Part shown: piece by piece, positions 28,669 through 42,911 of the stretch
Numbering within the stretch: the stretch's first letter is position 1
Layout: every line of letters begins with the position of its first letter
DNA from: Eledone cirrhosa
Taxonomy: Eukaryota
Reading direction: 5' to 3'
DNA: 64,000 bases
Assembly (NCBI GenBank): GCA_964016885.1
Contig: OZ024756.1
Location: 43,772,001-43,836,000, forward strand
Program-made: the position numbers and the translations under genes
Notes under the pieces: model-generated
Told to the model about the DNA's origin: nothing
The model's input: only the letters and a program-made list of their open reading frames with translations
The model's database searches: none

Positions 28669-29598
28669 ATATATATATATATAGTTCAAGAGCGCAAACA
28701 TAGAGATGCAAAAGTAGTCTTATTCCACACTTGGGAAGAAGTGTATATATATATGTGTGTGTGTGTGTGCGTATATATATATATAAATGTATAAGGAGTG
28801 AGAGAGGGAAAATATGTATTCCACATATATACATGCATAATGTGTTTATATTTTCATATTAAAAAGTACAGAAGACAAAAAAAAAAACTTAAATACATAT
28901 ATATATGTATATATATTTATATGTATGTATGCATATATTTGGTGATGGTATTTTTGCATATTCTTATTATTATATAATTTTTATTTGGGGTTGTGGAGTT
29001 GCAGAGTCTACTAAGTTCACAGGTCAAATAAGGGACCCGTGAACTCCTGGGCTTGTTATAATCAGCTAACCCCTATGAGCCCTTATAGGTAGACATCACT
29101 ATATGGTTGTGTTTTATTTTATTTTATTTCATTCCATTTTGTGATTTATTTTTGTCCTTCTTTTCTTCATATTCGAATTCTTTTCTTTTCTCTTTACCAT
29201 TCCAATGTCGATTTTTGAAATATTTTCCCAGTTTTACAAAATAGCGATATATTTTTCATATAATTTTATACTTTTTACATTCGCACACTCAAGTATTCCA
29301 TTCATCTTTATATGTTTATCGATAATAATTATATACATATTGTTGAAGTATAAAGGAGAAAAATACAGATATACAAAAACACAGTCTTGTATGTATATAT
29401 ATAGTGGTGGCCATAACTGGACTCCGAAACCTAAGGTTGCGTTACATGTTAAGTGCATGTATGAAACTTTATTTATGCTATAATATATATATATGTGTGT
29501 GCATATGTATGTATATATATATATATATCATATATATACATCATAGTTAACTAAACAGAATGACCAGTTTTATCCAGGGGTGAACCACCAAACTTAGA

Positions 29599-29633
<35 letters not shown>

Positions 29634-30145
29634 GACTACCAACAACACTTGCTTCTTCTTATATTTACATTACCCCCGTCTATTTTTTTCTTTTTGTTTC
29701 GTGCTCACATCCATCTTCCTTTTTCCTCTTCTCTCTCTATCTTTCGATGAAGGACTACCGTCCAAGATGTTATGCCTCTTTTACATCTATATCAGCAGTT
29801 AAACTTATATATATATATATATATCATCATTATACTGTATTGTTCTCTTGTGTTGTTTTTCAACTGCGGCCACACACTATATATATATATATACTCTTTT
29901 ACCTGTTCCAACCATCTGGCTGTGTTAGGACCAAATGCACCCAGTCAGTCCACGATGTGAAGTGGTAGTGCTGGAACCCTGAAAAAAGTTCACATTACAT
30001 GCAGTAAAGTTGTTGGCATTAGATAGAAAAACAATCAGAGAACAGAATACAGGAAGAAGGCAATCGCCATCACTGATCAGGCCACATATGACAGCCTGTC
30101 ATGAAAAGTAGACATTAAACAGTGTGATGATATATGTATGTATTC

Positions 30146-30189
<44 letters not shown>

Positions 30190-30283
30190 TACACTTCTAA
30201 TGTTTAAATCATTAGGTGCATCTGAGAAATATATAAAAAATATATAAAGTATATTTTTCCTTCATTCAGTTTATTCCCACCTT

Positions 30284-30322
<39 letters not shown>

Positions 30323-30330
30323 TTCTCTCT

Positions 30331-30391
<61 letters not shown>

Positions 30392-30469
30392 TACCTTCTT
30401 CCCTGTGCCTTTGAGCTTCAAATTACCTGACAGCCAAACAATCATGTTCTGCTCCCTAGTTCATTGATT

Positions 30470-30534
<65 letters not shown>

Positions 30535-30686
30535 ATACATACATATATATATATACACACACACACATATGGTTAATATATGAAGTTTTAGTGTAATAGT
30601 TCACTATTTTCTTTGCTAAGATGAGTTAAGCTCTGTGGACTTTTTTTTACTCTGTATAAGTAAATAATAATAATATACCTTGGTCT

Positions 30687-30717
<31 letters not shown>

Positions 30718-30761
30718 AATAATATTAATAAATGGAAACTATCTTTATAAAACCATATTTA

Positions 30762-30818
30762 TTTTATTATACACATTTCAAGGGTACCAGTATTTTGGTA
30801 CCCTATCGTCAGATAAAA
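30762..30818 (-). ncRNA. hammerhead-like motif
   Basis: Minus strand ttttat-CTGACGA-t-agggtacca(aaatac)tggtaccct-t-GAAA-tgtg-TA-taataaaa. Same family as the 10.8 and 41 kb palindromes but with a different stem II sequence. Confidence 0.6.
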
Positions 30819-31539
30819 TACAAAAATTGGTTTACAGATAGTGACATATCTACATATGAACTTAATGTTATGAGTTCTATGTTAATAGGATGCAATATAA
30901 GGCGGGATTCGTTTGTATGTTCTATCACCTCTTAGTTCCGTTAAGTCCCGTCCATTGCTCTTGCAGAAAAATATCACATATCAACATATTTTATTATGCT
31001 TTGTTTTTTCTTTATTGTGTGATGGGACAGGTTGGAGTATTTATCTTTGCCATGATTCTCCATAACTCCCTCACCCGGCTACCCCCGTCCATAGAAACAT
31101 TCCGATGAAATATTTACATATCTCTCATCCACACCAAACCTCCATTAGTCCCTTGACTTTTTTTTAATAAATTTGGTGTGGAAAGGAGACTTTTTATCTT
31201 TTCTTCTTTTTTTGTAATTTTCAAAGAATTTATTTTGTTAATATATATGAAGGTAATTATAATAATATTCATGATAATGTTATTATTGTGTTAATTTTCA
31301 GTAAAAAAAAAATATTAAATAATATATAACAAATATGTATATATAAAACAAACATTGGTTTGTTGTTTGTTGTTATATTTCTTTATAATATACTGTATTT
31401 CCCAGCATCAAAGATGCTATATTTTTATTTCAGTCTAAACACCGAGGACTATAACTGGTATTGTACAGGCCTTAAGATGCTACAGTTTCTCATTTTCAGT
31501 TGATATACTGTGCTTTCTGAACTCTTTCAAGATGTTACG

Positions 31540-32228
31540 ATTGGCAGTATCGGTAGAGTTGGACACCCATGCTTTGCAGCATAGTGTTACGGCCCTTTAC
31601 GGTCTGAGTTCAAATCCCGCCGAGGTTAACTTTGCCTTTCATCTTTACAGGGTCAATAAAATAAAGTACCAGTAACATACTGGGTTCGATTTAATCGACT
31701 TTCTCCTCCCTCAAAATTATGGCCTTGTGCCTATATAAGAAATCATTATTATTAGTACCAGTAATGTACTGGGTAATTGCTGGCCTTGTGCCTAAAGTAG
31801 AAACAATTATTATTAATATGGTGGATTGGCAGTATCGGTAGAGGGTTTGATGCATAGAGTTACGGCCCTTGCCATTCTGAGTTCAAATCCCGCCGAGGTT
31901 AACTTTGCCTTTCATCCTTACGGGGTCGATAAAATAAAGTACCAGTAATGTACTGGGATAATTGCTAGCCTTGTGTCAAAAGTAGAAACAATTATTATTA
32001 TTACTATGTCGGTGGTTTGGCAGAATCGGTAGAGCGTCAGACACTATGCTTTGCAGCATAGTTATAGCCCTTTATGATCTGAGTTCAAATCCCACCAGGC
32101 TAACTTTGCCTTTCATCCTTACTTAGGTGTCAGTAAAATAAAGTATCAGTAATGCAGTGGAGTCGATTTAATCGACTTTCCCCTCCCCCCAAATTGTTGC
32201 TTTTGTGTCAAAATTAAAACATTATTAT
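31540..32228 (+). mobile_element. cluster of 3 full and 1 partial tRNA-derived SINEs, head to tail
   Basis: A box TGGCAGTATCGG, B box GAGTTCAAATCC, core gcctttcatccttacggggtcgataaaataaagtaccagt, (ATT)n tails. Confidence 0.9.
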
Positions 32229-34428
32229 TGTGTGTACGTCATATCTAAGAAGATAATTGTGGTTAAAACAAAGTGTTTACTTCTGGCAGCCATATCTAGT
32301 TTTAAATAAGTTAACCGTCTCTTTATTTCATTTTTCATTTATTTATTAAGTCTTTTTAAATGTTTTCAAAATATTTTCCAATGCCTTTTTATTATTTACT
32401 TTCTCGATTTCGATATTATTTCTTAAGAAAACATATTTCCCATAATAAACAGGAATAAAAATAATAAAAAAAAAACAACTTAAAATTTAATGGTTTGGGA
32501 GTGGGGGTGAAAGAGCAATGCTGTGGAGATGAGTCAGCTATACCTGCTTTTGCTCTATATTTTCACATCCTCTTTAAGTTCTCTCTATACTTCAACACCT
32601 TCCAATCGTAGGTGGGGTGGTTGGCTCCCGTCAGGTGCCACTCACACCTATCAACGTCACAAGAATAAGATGGAAGCTGTAAAATTAAAATACCACTTGG
32701 CGGGTTTCTTCGGTGGATTTTGCTGCTGACAATCAGGCACTTGAAACAGTAGCAATAAAACTATCCCAGCTAATCAAGTAAGGTTTAGTGTCCTAGGTCA
32801 GCACCTATCGTTACTAACTCTCATTATCGTTAATATTTTTATTGCTATGGTTATTAATCTCCCATCTGTCGCTGTAACATTTTTATCACCCTCAATAAAT
32901 AATAAAAGAAATAACAATAATGATTAATGTCATCATCATCATCATCATCACCACCCACACCATTATTATTATGGCATAAAGTTACAGTCCTTTTCGTACT
33001 GAGATCAAATCCCATCAAAGTTAGCTTTACCTTTCATCTTTACAGTGTCGAAAAATAAAGTACCAGTAACGCACTAGGATCGATTTAATTGACTTTCTTG
33101 TTATTGGCGAGTCTCTTATTATACGAGAACTCGTTTGAAAAGTTTTAAAGCTGACCAAGATACCCTCATGGAATGACCAAATGAGGTTTATTTTCCAACA
33201 TGATCCCCAGTAAAAAAAAACAATGCAATTATTGATGAGAAGAGTTGAAATCAATTAATGCAAAATTTCACGGCACAAACAAACCATTCATAGTTAACCG
33301 ACCCTTGTAGACGTCATTATTCGGTAGAGGGTCGGATGCCATGCTTTGCAGTAAAGAGTTACGGCCCTTTCAGGTCTGAGTTCAAATCCCGCTGAGGTTA
33401 ACTTTGCCTTTCATTTTTACAGGGTCGATAAAATAAAGTACCAGTAATACACTAGGATAATTGCTGGCCTTGTGCCAAAAGTAGAGACAATTATTATTAT
33501 TGCATTTTTAAAAGGGTAATTTAAGCCGAAATCGATAAAAAGCCGGAAATATATATTGTGTGGTTTTAAATAACGTTTGTTTGGTTTCTACGTTTTGGTG
33601 TCAAAAACTGAATAACAGACTTGTTCCAAGACACGGGATTCATTCTATAGGTGTACAACTTTATGGCAAAGTAACCTATTCACATCTCCCTCTTTCCTCA
33701 TCATCATCAGCATATAGATGAACAACATAAGAGATTATATATATAGAGAGAGAGAGTGTGTGTAGCTTGTTTGTAAACTTTACAAATGTATATATACATA
33801 TATATATATAAATACATATATATACATACCTATATATATATACATCATCATCATCGTTTAACGTCCATCTTCCACGCTTGCATGGACATACATATATATA
33901 TATACATATACATATATATATATACATATATACATATATATATATATACATACATATATATATACATACATATATATATACATACATATATGATGTGACG
34001 ACAAGTGCAGAGAGATCTCCAGATATAAAGCAATGCCTGTGCCGTGAAGCTTTTATAGTGAGCAAAGGCACTGCACAAAGCCAGTCCCACTCTCTTAACC
34101 AAGATGATATTTACCAAAAACAATAACAAGTCAACATCATTGGATACCATCAGGGCTGCAGGTGTTATATCAGAGTTTTCCTTCTCCTAGAATTCTGCCT
34201 TGACAAAGGCTAAGGGGGTCATCTCTCTCGCTGATTTTGGATGGCCATTGACTCTTAAGAGCTCCTTTGCCCTTTGACAGGTTTTGTTTTTAGTCCTGCA
34301 GGATGTCCAAAGTCACCCTCCTCACCAAGAAACCTTGGTGGGGTTGCCAGTTTAGTCGCCAACGACCCGACCATGGGACAGGTTGTACTGGGATACATGT
34401 TACCAGTAGCACCAACTGGTGACCTGAC

Positions 34429-34464
<36 letters not shown>

Positions 34465-35994
34465 CATTATACATATATATATATATGGAATTTATCAACC
34501 GAATTTGTTTGTTTACTAATCTCAATCTTTTTAGAACTATTTAGGTCAAATATGGACAATAATAGGTTTTTAGTATTAAACAAACTAATGTTTGCACACA
34601 TGTTTACAGCCGCACCCACACACATATATACACAGCCACATACACACACATATATACACAGCCACATACACACACACACACACACACAGCCATACACACA
34701 GCCACACACACACGTAGCCCCAATCAATTAGAGAGAAGCTGGGGTGGGGAGGATGGAAGATAAGTAGAGGAATTTCTGTTACTTGGGAGGTGGTGTAGTG
34801 GTGGTGGTAGTGATGGTGGTGTAGTGGTAGTGGCTGTGGGAGGTGGTGACGGTGGGAGTGGTGTAGTGGCGGTAGGAGGTGGTGTAGTGGTAGTGGCGGT
34901 GGTGGTAGAGAGAGGATTAAAGATGCTTCATCCGCGATATAAATACTATCAGATATATCTGTTACATGCGTAGTGATAAGACACTCCCAAACACTTAACG
35001 TTACCACTACCACTACACCACTACCACCACCACTACACCACCACTACACCACTACCACTACCACTACACCACTACCACCACCACTACACCACTACCACCA
35101 CTACCACTACACCACTACCACCACCACTACACCACTACCACTACACCACTACCACCACCACTACACCACTACCACCACCACTACACCACTACCACTACCA
35201 CCACCACTACACCACTACCACTACACCACTACCACCACCACTACACCACTACCACTACCACCACCACTACCACTACACCACTACCACCACCACTACACCA
35301 CTACCACTACACCACTACACCACTACCACTACCACTACACCACTACCACTACACCACTACCACCACCACTACACCACTACCACTACACCACTACCACCAC
35401 CACTACACCACTACCACCACCACTACACCACTACCACTACACCACTACCACTACCACTACCACTACCACCACCACTTTACAAATTAGTTTTCGTTTTTTT
35501 ACACAAGTCAGTCAAATATATAAATATAGAGGAAGTTAGCTGTTTGTCTCTCTCACTCTCCCTCTGTCTCTCTCTCTCTCCCTCTGTCTCTCACTCTCTC
35601 TCTTATTGACACAGATCAGTCAAATATATTATATATTACAAACAGGAAAATACCGCTCTCCCTTTCTCTCTCTCTCTCACTTGGGAAGCCGGATCAGTTG
35701 GAGACGGATGCTTGTCATCACGGCCCACCCAGGAAGAAGATAAGGAGTAACATGATTCTATAAACACACATATATATATATATATATACACACAGATAAA
35801 TCTACCAATCAATGGTAGGGTCTAAACCGTCTGAAGAACACATACGGGGCACTACCCCCCAGAAACGATCGTAAAATAATGAGTTTTACTATGAATTAAC
35901 CGTTTTTTGTTTAATTTCATTGTTTTAATCTCTCTCTCTCTATATATATATCTATATATATATATATATATATCTATATATATATATATATATA

Positions 35995-36039
<45 letters not shown>

Positions 36040-36558
36040 TAATATATATATATACACATATATATGTGTGTGTGTGTGTGTAATCTTTTAAAACTAACAT
36101 ATTTCCTGTTGGTGAGAAGATTCGTTTAATAACAAAACAAGAACAACAATGTATTTTTGTTCTACTTGAGTTAACAATGTCCGTGTATGTGACAGTAGTA
36201 GTGGTGGTGGTAGTAGTGTTGTTGCTGGTGGTGGGGTGGTGGCGGTTGTAGTGGTGGTGGGAGGTGGTGTAGTGGCGGTGGGAGGTGGTGTAGTGGTGTT
36301 CTTGCTGGTGGTATGCGTGGTGGTGGTGGTGATGGTGGTTTTGTTGCTGGTGGTGGTGGTGGTGGTGTTGCTGTTGGTAGTGGTGGTGCTGGTGTTGATC
36401 GTGGTCGTAGCAGTAGTAGTAAGAGTGACAGTAGAGGTAGTAGTAGTACATCTTATGGATGTTATCCAACCATCTTGGGGGAGGGGGATCTACCGCTGGG
36501 CAGATAAAATATGGCTGGTGTGTGTGTGTGGTTGTTATAGTGGGACCATGGTGTAGAC

Positions 36559-36845
36559 CAGTCACGGGCAACCTGCGGCCCGCCTAAGTCACCTAAGTGA
36601 AATCTTTCTATCATTTTTACGATCGAGGAAAACAACATGTAGGAATTCTGAAGAAACAAATCAAAATAACCTGAGTTATCCCCCCTTTTTTTAATGTAGG
36701 CACGAATGTAAATTAGCGCTTGCGGCCCGCCTGAAGATGTGCCATATCTCATGTGGCCCGCCTGGTGATGTGTCATATATCATGTGGCCTGCCTAGTGAT
36801 GAGCTATATCTCATGTGGCCCGCCTGATGTGCCATATCATGCCCG
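36559..36845. mobile_element. hAT-type MITE
   Basis: Starts CAGTCACGGGCAACCTGCGGCCCG. TSD gtgtagac / gtgtagat. Internal tgtggcccgcct repeats. The right TIR is imperfect. Confidence 0.6.
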
Positions 36846-37177
36846 GTGTAGATGTTGGCAGTAAGGGAATGTTTAATGGTGGCATAATGTGTGTGTATAT
36901 GTGTATGAGTGTGTGTGTGTGTGTATGGAATGTGGGGTGGAAAAAGAAGCAGAAACATTAAAACCGAGCGTGTCACGCTCGGGTGATTCTCAGGTATTGT
37001 TCCACCCACCACCACCATCATCATCATCCCCGTTAACTGCCGAACCATGACGTTCATGTACCCCCCCCCCCTCCGACACACACTTGCTGCCCCCATCTAC
37101 ACCCTGGCCCTACTACTACAACCATACACACACACACATACCACGCATAAACCTGTCCACACTCAAACACTCCCAGT

Positions 37178-37560
37178 TGAGATCCTAGCAACTGTTGAGT
37201 CCGTCCTACTTTATGGCAGTGAAACGTGGACCACTACAAAAGTGCCATGGAAGATACTTGTCGGATGTTACACCAGGATGTTGAGAAGCTGACTAGACAG
37301 ATCACTACACCAGTCTAAAAATAAGCTGCCTGCAGACAAATGAAACTGGCTGGATACTGCATCCGGCATCCAGAAGAGATAGCATCACATCTTGTGCTCT
37401 GGAAACCACCGGTCGGGCGAAGAAGCGTGGGAAGACAGGCCGTCTCATTTATTGATACCCTGCTGAGAGATGCCAACATTGGTAACATCGACGAACTGAG
37501 AAATGTCATGCTGGACCTAGATGATTGGAAAGAAACCGTGCTGAATCTTTGCGAAGGTAA
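37178..37560 (+). mobile_element. decayed RTE-like LINE fragment
   Basis: ATVESVLLYGSETWT..GCYTRMLR, then MKLAGYCIRHPEEIASHLVLWKP..GR..FIDTL. Internally deleted. Confidence 0.8.
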
Positions 37561-38439
37561 ACTCGGCCGAAGAAGAAGATGGCCAAGTGGACGTCGTAAA
37601 CATTCGGCCAGGCTATGCCCATTTATGGACAAAAGAAACACACACACAAGAATAAATAAATAAATAAATAAACGAACAAAGGAAAGAAAGAAATAATAAA
37701 CTCTGAGTAATAAAAATTACCGTACCGGACATTTAAATTAAAATTTTTAGTAAACAATTGTTTCTACTTTTGGCACAAGGCCATCAATAACCCAGTACAT
37801 TACTGGTACTTTATTTTATCAACCCTGTAAAGATGAAAGGCAAAGTTAACCTCGCAGGATTTGAACTCAGACTGTAAAGGGGTGGAACTCGATGCTGCAA
37901 AGCATATCGGCCGACCCTCTACCTATACTGCCAACCCCCCCCCCGTTTTGTTCATACATTGTTTCACCTTTCAAGAATCAGTTGGCCAGTGTATCCTAGC
38001 AACAAGCTATGACCCCCCCCCCCCTTCACTCCTCTCCTATCTTATACTTCACTACAGAAGTATTTCTTACTAAGATAAAATAATAAATATGAGGTCATCA
38101 GATTAAATAGAAGAAAAAGGAAAAATAAATTTAATCCTCCGATAATATTATTTCACAATACTATGGTAATAAATCTCTAGGTGCGGTCGATCGACCGGTT
38201 AGAAATAGCAGCCTAATCTTCCTTTAAAATCACATACACACACATATACATTTAGACACAGGCACAAGCTGAGAGAGAGAGACAGAGAGGTAACGTCACA
38301 CACACACATTTATGTATGTATGTGTGTATGTATATGTGCGTATGTATGTGTGTAAGTATGTGTGTGTGTATGTGTGTATGTACGTAATGGTGGTATATAA
38401 GGATTGTGTCACCACAGGGTGACCCCCCCCCCCACTGGT

Positions 38440-38620
38440 CCTGTGGAGAGCACAGCTCTCTTCTGTCAACTGTGTCATAAAACCTTACAGATCTACATCT
38501 GGCCTAGAGAGTCATCTACGAAGTCATGGAAGTGGATGGGATGATACATGGGAACATATAGTGCCGTGACTCTATGCTCCAAAGATATTCAGATTTGGGG
38601 GACAACATGATGTCGACACG
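38440..38620 (+). mobile_element. RTE-BovB-like 3' end relic with C2H2 finger
   Basis: Frameshifted LFCQLCHKT..RSTSGLESHLRSH. Confidence 0.5.
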
Positions 38621-38631
38621 GCCTATGTTAA

Positions 38632-38909
38632 CCCTTTATCATTTACATTACTCTATATTTACTATTGTACTTTTGTGGTAAACACTTTATCTCATAATTA
38701 TCTCACATAAAGAAATCATTATTATATAATAAATAAATCATAATTATCTCACATAATATCGAATCTATGATATTTTGATATTATTTATTTTGACTATACT
38801 ATATTTTAACTATACGTTAACATCAGTATGAGTGACTGGTTACAGCCAGTTTGAACAGAAAGAGGTGAGAGAATTCTGGCCAGATTTTCCCGGTTTAAAT
38901 GCTAAAGGG
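38632..38909. mobile_element. piggyBac-like MITE
   Basis: TTAA|CCCTTTATCATTTA ... TAAATGCTAAAGGG|TTAA. A second copy lies at about 24675-24879. Confidence 0.85.
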
Positions 38910-39370
38910 TTAAAGATAAAGAGATTTCGTGATGTTCACATGGGGGGGGGGGGGGGGGGGGGGGCAACATGATGTCAACACGGCCTACATTAAAGATGAA
39001 AAGATTTCGTGGACAGAAATCTAAACAGGTGACAAACAAAGAATGTATGTAATTAATATTTGTAGCCATTCCTAGATACGAGGTGTGATAATATTAAAAT
39101 GTGAAAGGTAGTGTTAGATTCCAAGAAATCTTCTTTAAATACAGAGATTAATGTTATCGTCAACAATTAAACCTTTATTTGTCTATATCTCTCTTACATA
39201 TAGGTACACACACATCCATATACACATACACACATATACACACACATCCATAGACACAGCCATACACATACACACATATACACACACAGCCATACACATA
39301 CACACACATATACACACACTCACACCATAGCTACACACACACTGACACAGCCATACACACATAGCTATAA

Positions 39371-39413
<43 letters not shown>

Positions 39414-40117
39414 TATATATATATATAAACACAGATATACATGTTTGTGTGCACGTATTTATATACACACATATATATATATACATATACACATACATAT
39501 ATACATACATCTATATATACACACATACATATATACATACATAGATCTATACATACATCCATATATATATATATATATACATACATAGATCTATATGTAC
39601 ATATATATACATACATATATACTTACATACATACATCTATACATACATACATATATATATATATATACATACATCTATATATACATATATATATATATAT
39701 ACATACATCTATATATACATATATATATATATATACATACATCTATATATACATACACCGACAGTTCTCTCTTGTTGCGATGTTTCTGTGAACTTTCATT
39801 GTTTACCTGAAAGAACTGTAAATCTTTTGTTATTAAAGTGTAAAGATGTGTACATGTGTGTGTATATATGTGTGCGTGTGTGTACATGTGTGACTGAGTC
39901 CGAGCGAGTATGTGTATAGGTGTGTATATGTGGTTCTCTCTGTAAGTGTGTGTATATATCTGTGTATGTGTATGTATGTGTGTATATGTGTATATGTATG
40001 TATGTATGTGTAGTCCTGTCTGTCCTTCACGAAAGTTTGTCATAGTTGGATGACATCCCACCACCAACAGCAATACCCCCCCCCCCCCCAACATCCCCAC
40101 CACCACCACTAACACCC

Positions 40118-40157
<40 letters not shown>

Positions 40158-40303
40158 TTTTGAGTTTATGTTGGTTGTATACCAACACCTCAGTATGCAG
40201 GCTGGAGCACTCGACGAAGTGCGCAGGTTGGTTTGGTTACTCCGGAGAAGTGTAAAATAAAGTTAAATAAAAGTCAAATGATTAAAATTTAGCTTCGTTT
40301 ATT

Positions 40304-40358
40304 ACTGCTATATATATTTCAGTGACAGCCATCTTTGGCTGTGACCTCTTCAGGCAGT
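40304..40358 (-). ncRNA. type I hammerhead ribozyme (Penelope-like element terminus)
   Basis: Minus strand actgc-CTGAAGA-ggtcacagcca(aaga)tggctgtcact-GAAA-tatata-TA-gcagt. Stem I 5 bp, stem II 10 of 11 pairs, palindromic stem III. Confidence 0.85.
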
Positions 40359-40699
40359 TTGAATTAGTATGGTATAGACAAGTACATATGTTGTTGAGGT
40401 GTATAACTTTGTCAATACTCTGATATGCCCAGTTCCTTGTTGGGTTGTTAATTCACTGAGGAACTAGAGTCATATATATAATTCAATATCTTCACACAAA
40501 CATATATAAACTTATATATCTGTGTATGTATGAATGTGTGAATGTATGTATATGTATAATCTGTTATTTTAATAAATATTTGCTCTACGGTTCTTATATA
40601 TTTGATATATATTTATCCTTATCGAGCCCTCTTTGAATTTTAGTCTTCAAATTTATTATTATTACTATATATATATATATATATATACTTGTATACTTG

Positions 40700-40735
<36 letters not shown>

Positions 40736-40747
40736 TTGTATACTTGT

Positions 40748-40786
<39 letters not shown>

Positions 40787-40871
40787 AAAAGTTCTATTTA
40801 AATTGTTGGGATACAACAAGCAAATATTTTTATAACTGATATAAAGCACTCAACAAATAATTGGAGTAAAA

Positions 40872-41239
40872 ATACGATATTAACAAATGGAAACTATATT
40901 TATAAAACCATATTTATTTCATTATACATATTTCAAGGACACAAAGTTAAATTATGGTGTGCTTTCATCAGATAAAATATAATATAGATCAGTTTTATAA
41001 ATAAAAATAAATATTGACATACCCTTAAAAAATGCAACCATTTCTGTTGGAAGCTCCCGGGAGCTTCCAACAGAAATGGTTGCATTTTTTAAGGGTATGT
41101 CAATATTTATTTATAAAACTGATCTATATTATATTTTGTCTGATGAAAGCACACCATAATTTAACTTGGTGACCTTGAAATATGTATAATGAAATAAATA
41201 TGGTTTTATAAATATAGTTTCCATTTGTTAATATCGTAT
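40872..41239. repeat. about 370-bp loopless palindrome, same family as 10764-11158
   Basis: Centre agctccc|gggagct at 41057/41058. CTGATGA 41140-41146 ... GAAA 41177-41180. Confidence 0.9.
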
Positions 41240-41248
41240 ATATATATA

Positions 41249-41316
<68 letters not shown>

Positions 41317-42047
41317 TGTATACTTGTTATATATATATACTTGTATATTTTTAGGAAGGGGAAAGTCAATTAAATCGACCCCAGTGCATTACTGGCATTC
41401 TATGTTATCGACTCCGTAAGGACGAAAGGCAAAGTTAACTTCGGCGGGATTTGAACTCATACGTAAAGGGGCGTAACTCTTTGCCGTAAAGCATTTTGTT
41501 CGACGCTCTACCGATTACTGCTCTTCCACCGAATACAATATAAGTAAATCTATCCCGCATACTTCTACATTACTCCGGGGGAGGGAGGCGCTGGAACAGT
41601 CACTCCACCTCGTAACATTTATTCAAATAGTTCTTACTACATTCCATACGTTCTATCATCCTCACCTTCCCCCTCACACACTCATCCATGGTTCAAGGGA
41701 GATCACTCTAAATTGCATACAGAGTTATCTCCCTTGTATATTTCAGCAGATTGAGTTGTCGTAAGCAGCTCTTACTGATACCAACATGCGTTGCCGTCAT
41801 CCATCTTCTTCTTCTTCTTCTTCTTCTTCTTCTATCTTCTTCTCCTCCCCCTTCACTGTGTATGTGCGCGCACGCGCATCAGTGTTAATCTGTACTTGGA
41901 TGTATATGTATGTGTGTGTGTGTGTGTGCATATGCGTATGTGTGTGCATGTGCGTGTGTGTGCGCGCGTGTGTGTGTGTTACCAATTTTCTTTTTACTAT
42001 AAACGATGTAAAGAGTACTCAATACACATGACAGAGTTGATAAATGC

Positions 42048-42053
42048 TTTATT
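42048..42053 (-). terminator. candidate polyadenylation signal of the channel gene
   Basis: AATAAA on the minus strand about 860 nt past the stop. An AATAAA on the plus strand is adjacent (42055-42060). No transcript evidence. Confidence 0.3.
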
Positions 42054-42801
42054 TAATAAAATTGTTTGTTGATGTAGACATTGATAAAGGTTTAGTCAGG
42101 GACACACGTTGTGAGCTCAACATTGACAGACACGAACACATATTATATAAAGGTTGATGTTTTAAATATTAATTATATAAGGCATTTAAATATATATTAT
42201 GTGCTACATGTTCTTATGTATGTGTATATATAGAGAGGTATGTATGTATGTATGTTATGTATATATGTACATGGATCAACGGCTACGGGGGACGATACAA
42301 TAGGTATTAGGCGATGGTAAATGGATGTAAGGGTGGTATGGTAGATCCGGGTTGTATAACCCCTGGTAAGAAACGTCTAGGACTACACAACAACATTGAA
42401 ACAAACGAATACTAATGAGAGTTACAATGTAGGGGAAACAACTCACGATGTTTTCAGTTGAACATGGAAGAATATGTATTAACAAAAATATTCGTAGGAT
42501 TAAGACAGATGAAGTGACTAAAATCAAACTTCGAAGTCACTGCCACTTTCGTAAATAAAATGTTCACATTACTTACACGTATTGAGTTCTAACATACCTA
42601 TAGATACATACATACATATATAAATATAAACACACACACATAAGTTTATCCCGGGTTCAATCAGGGGTAACCACAGTAAGTAAGGTACTCAATACATAGC
42701 AGAGTATAAATATTTAATATAGAAATGGCTTCTACAGGACTAGAACTGTTTTATTCGGGGGAAATCATCAAGAAGCCCTGTAGAAGCCATTTCTATATTA
42801 A

Positions 42802-42907
<106 letters not shown>

Positions 42908-42911
42908 CCAG

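Noticed and set aside
31818-31900. tRNA genes
   Set aside because: A and B boxes are present but there is no cloverleaf, and they continue into a SINE body and tail.
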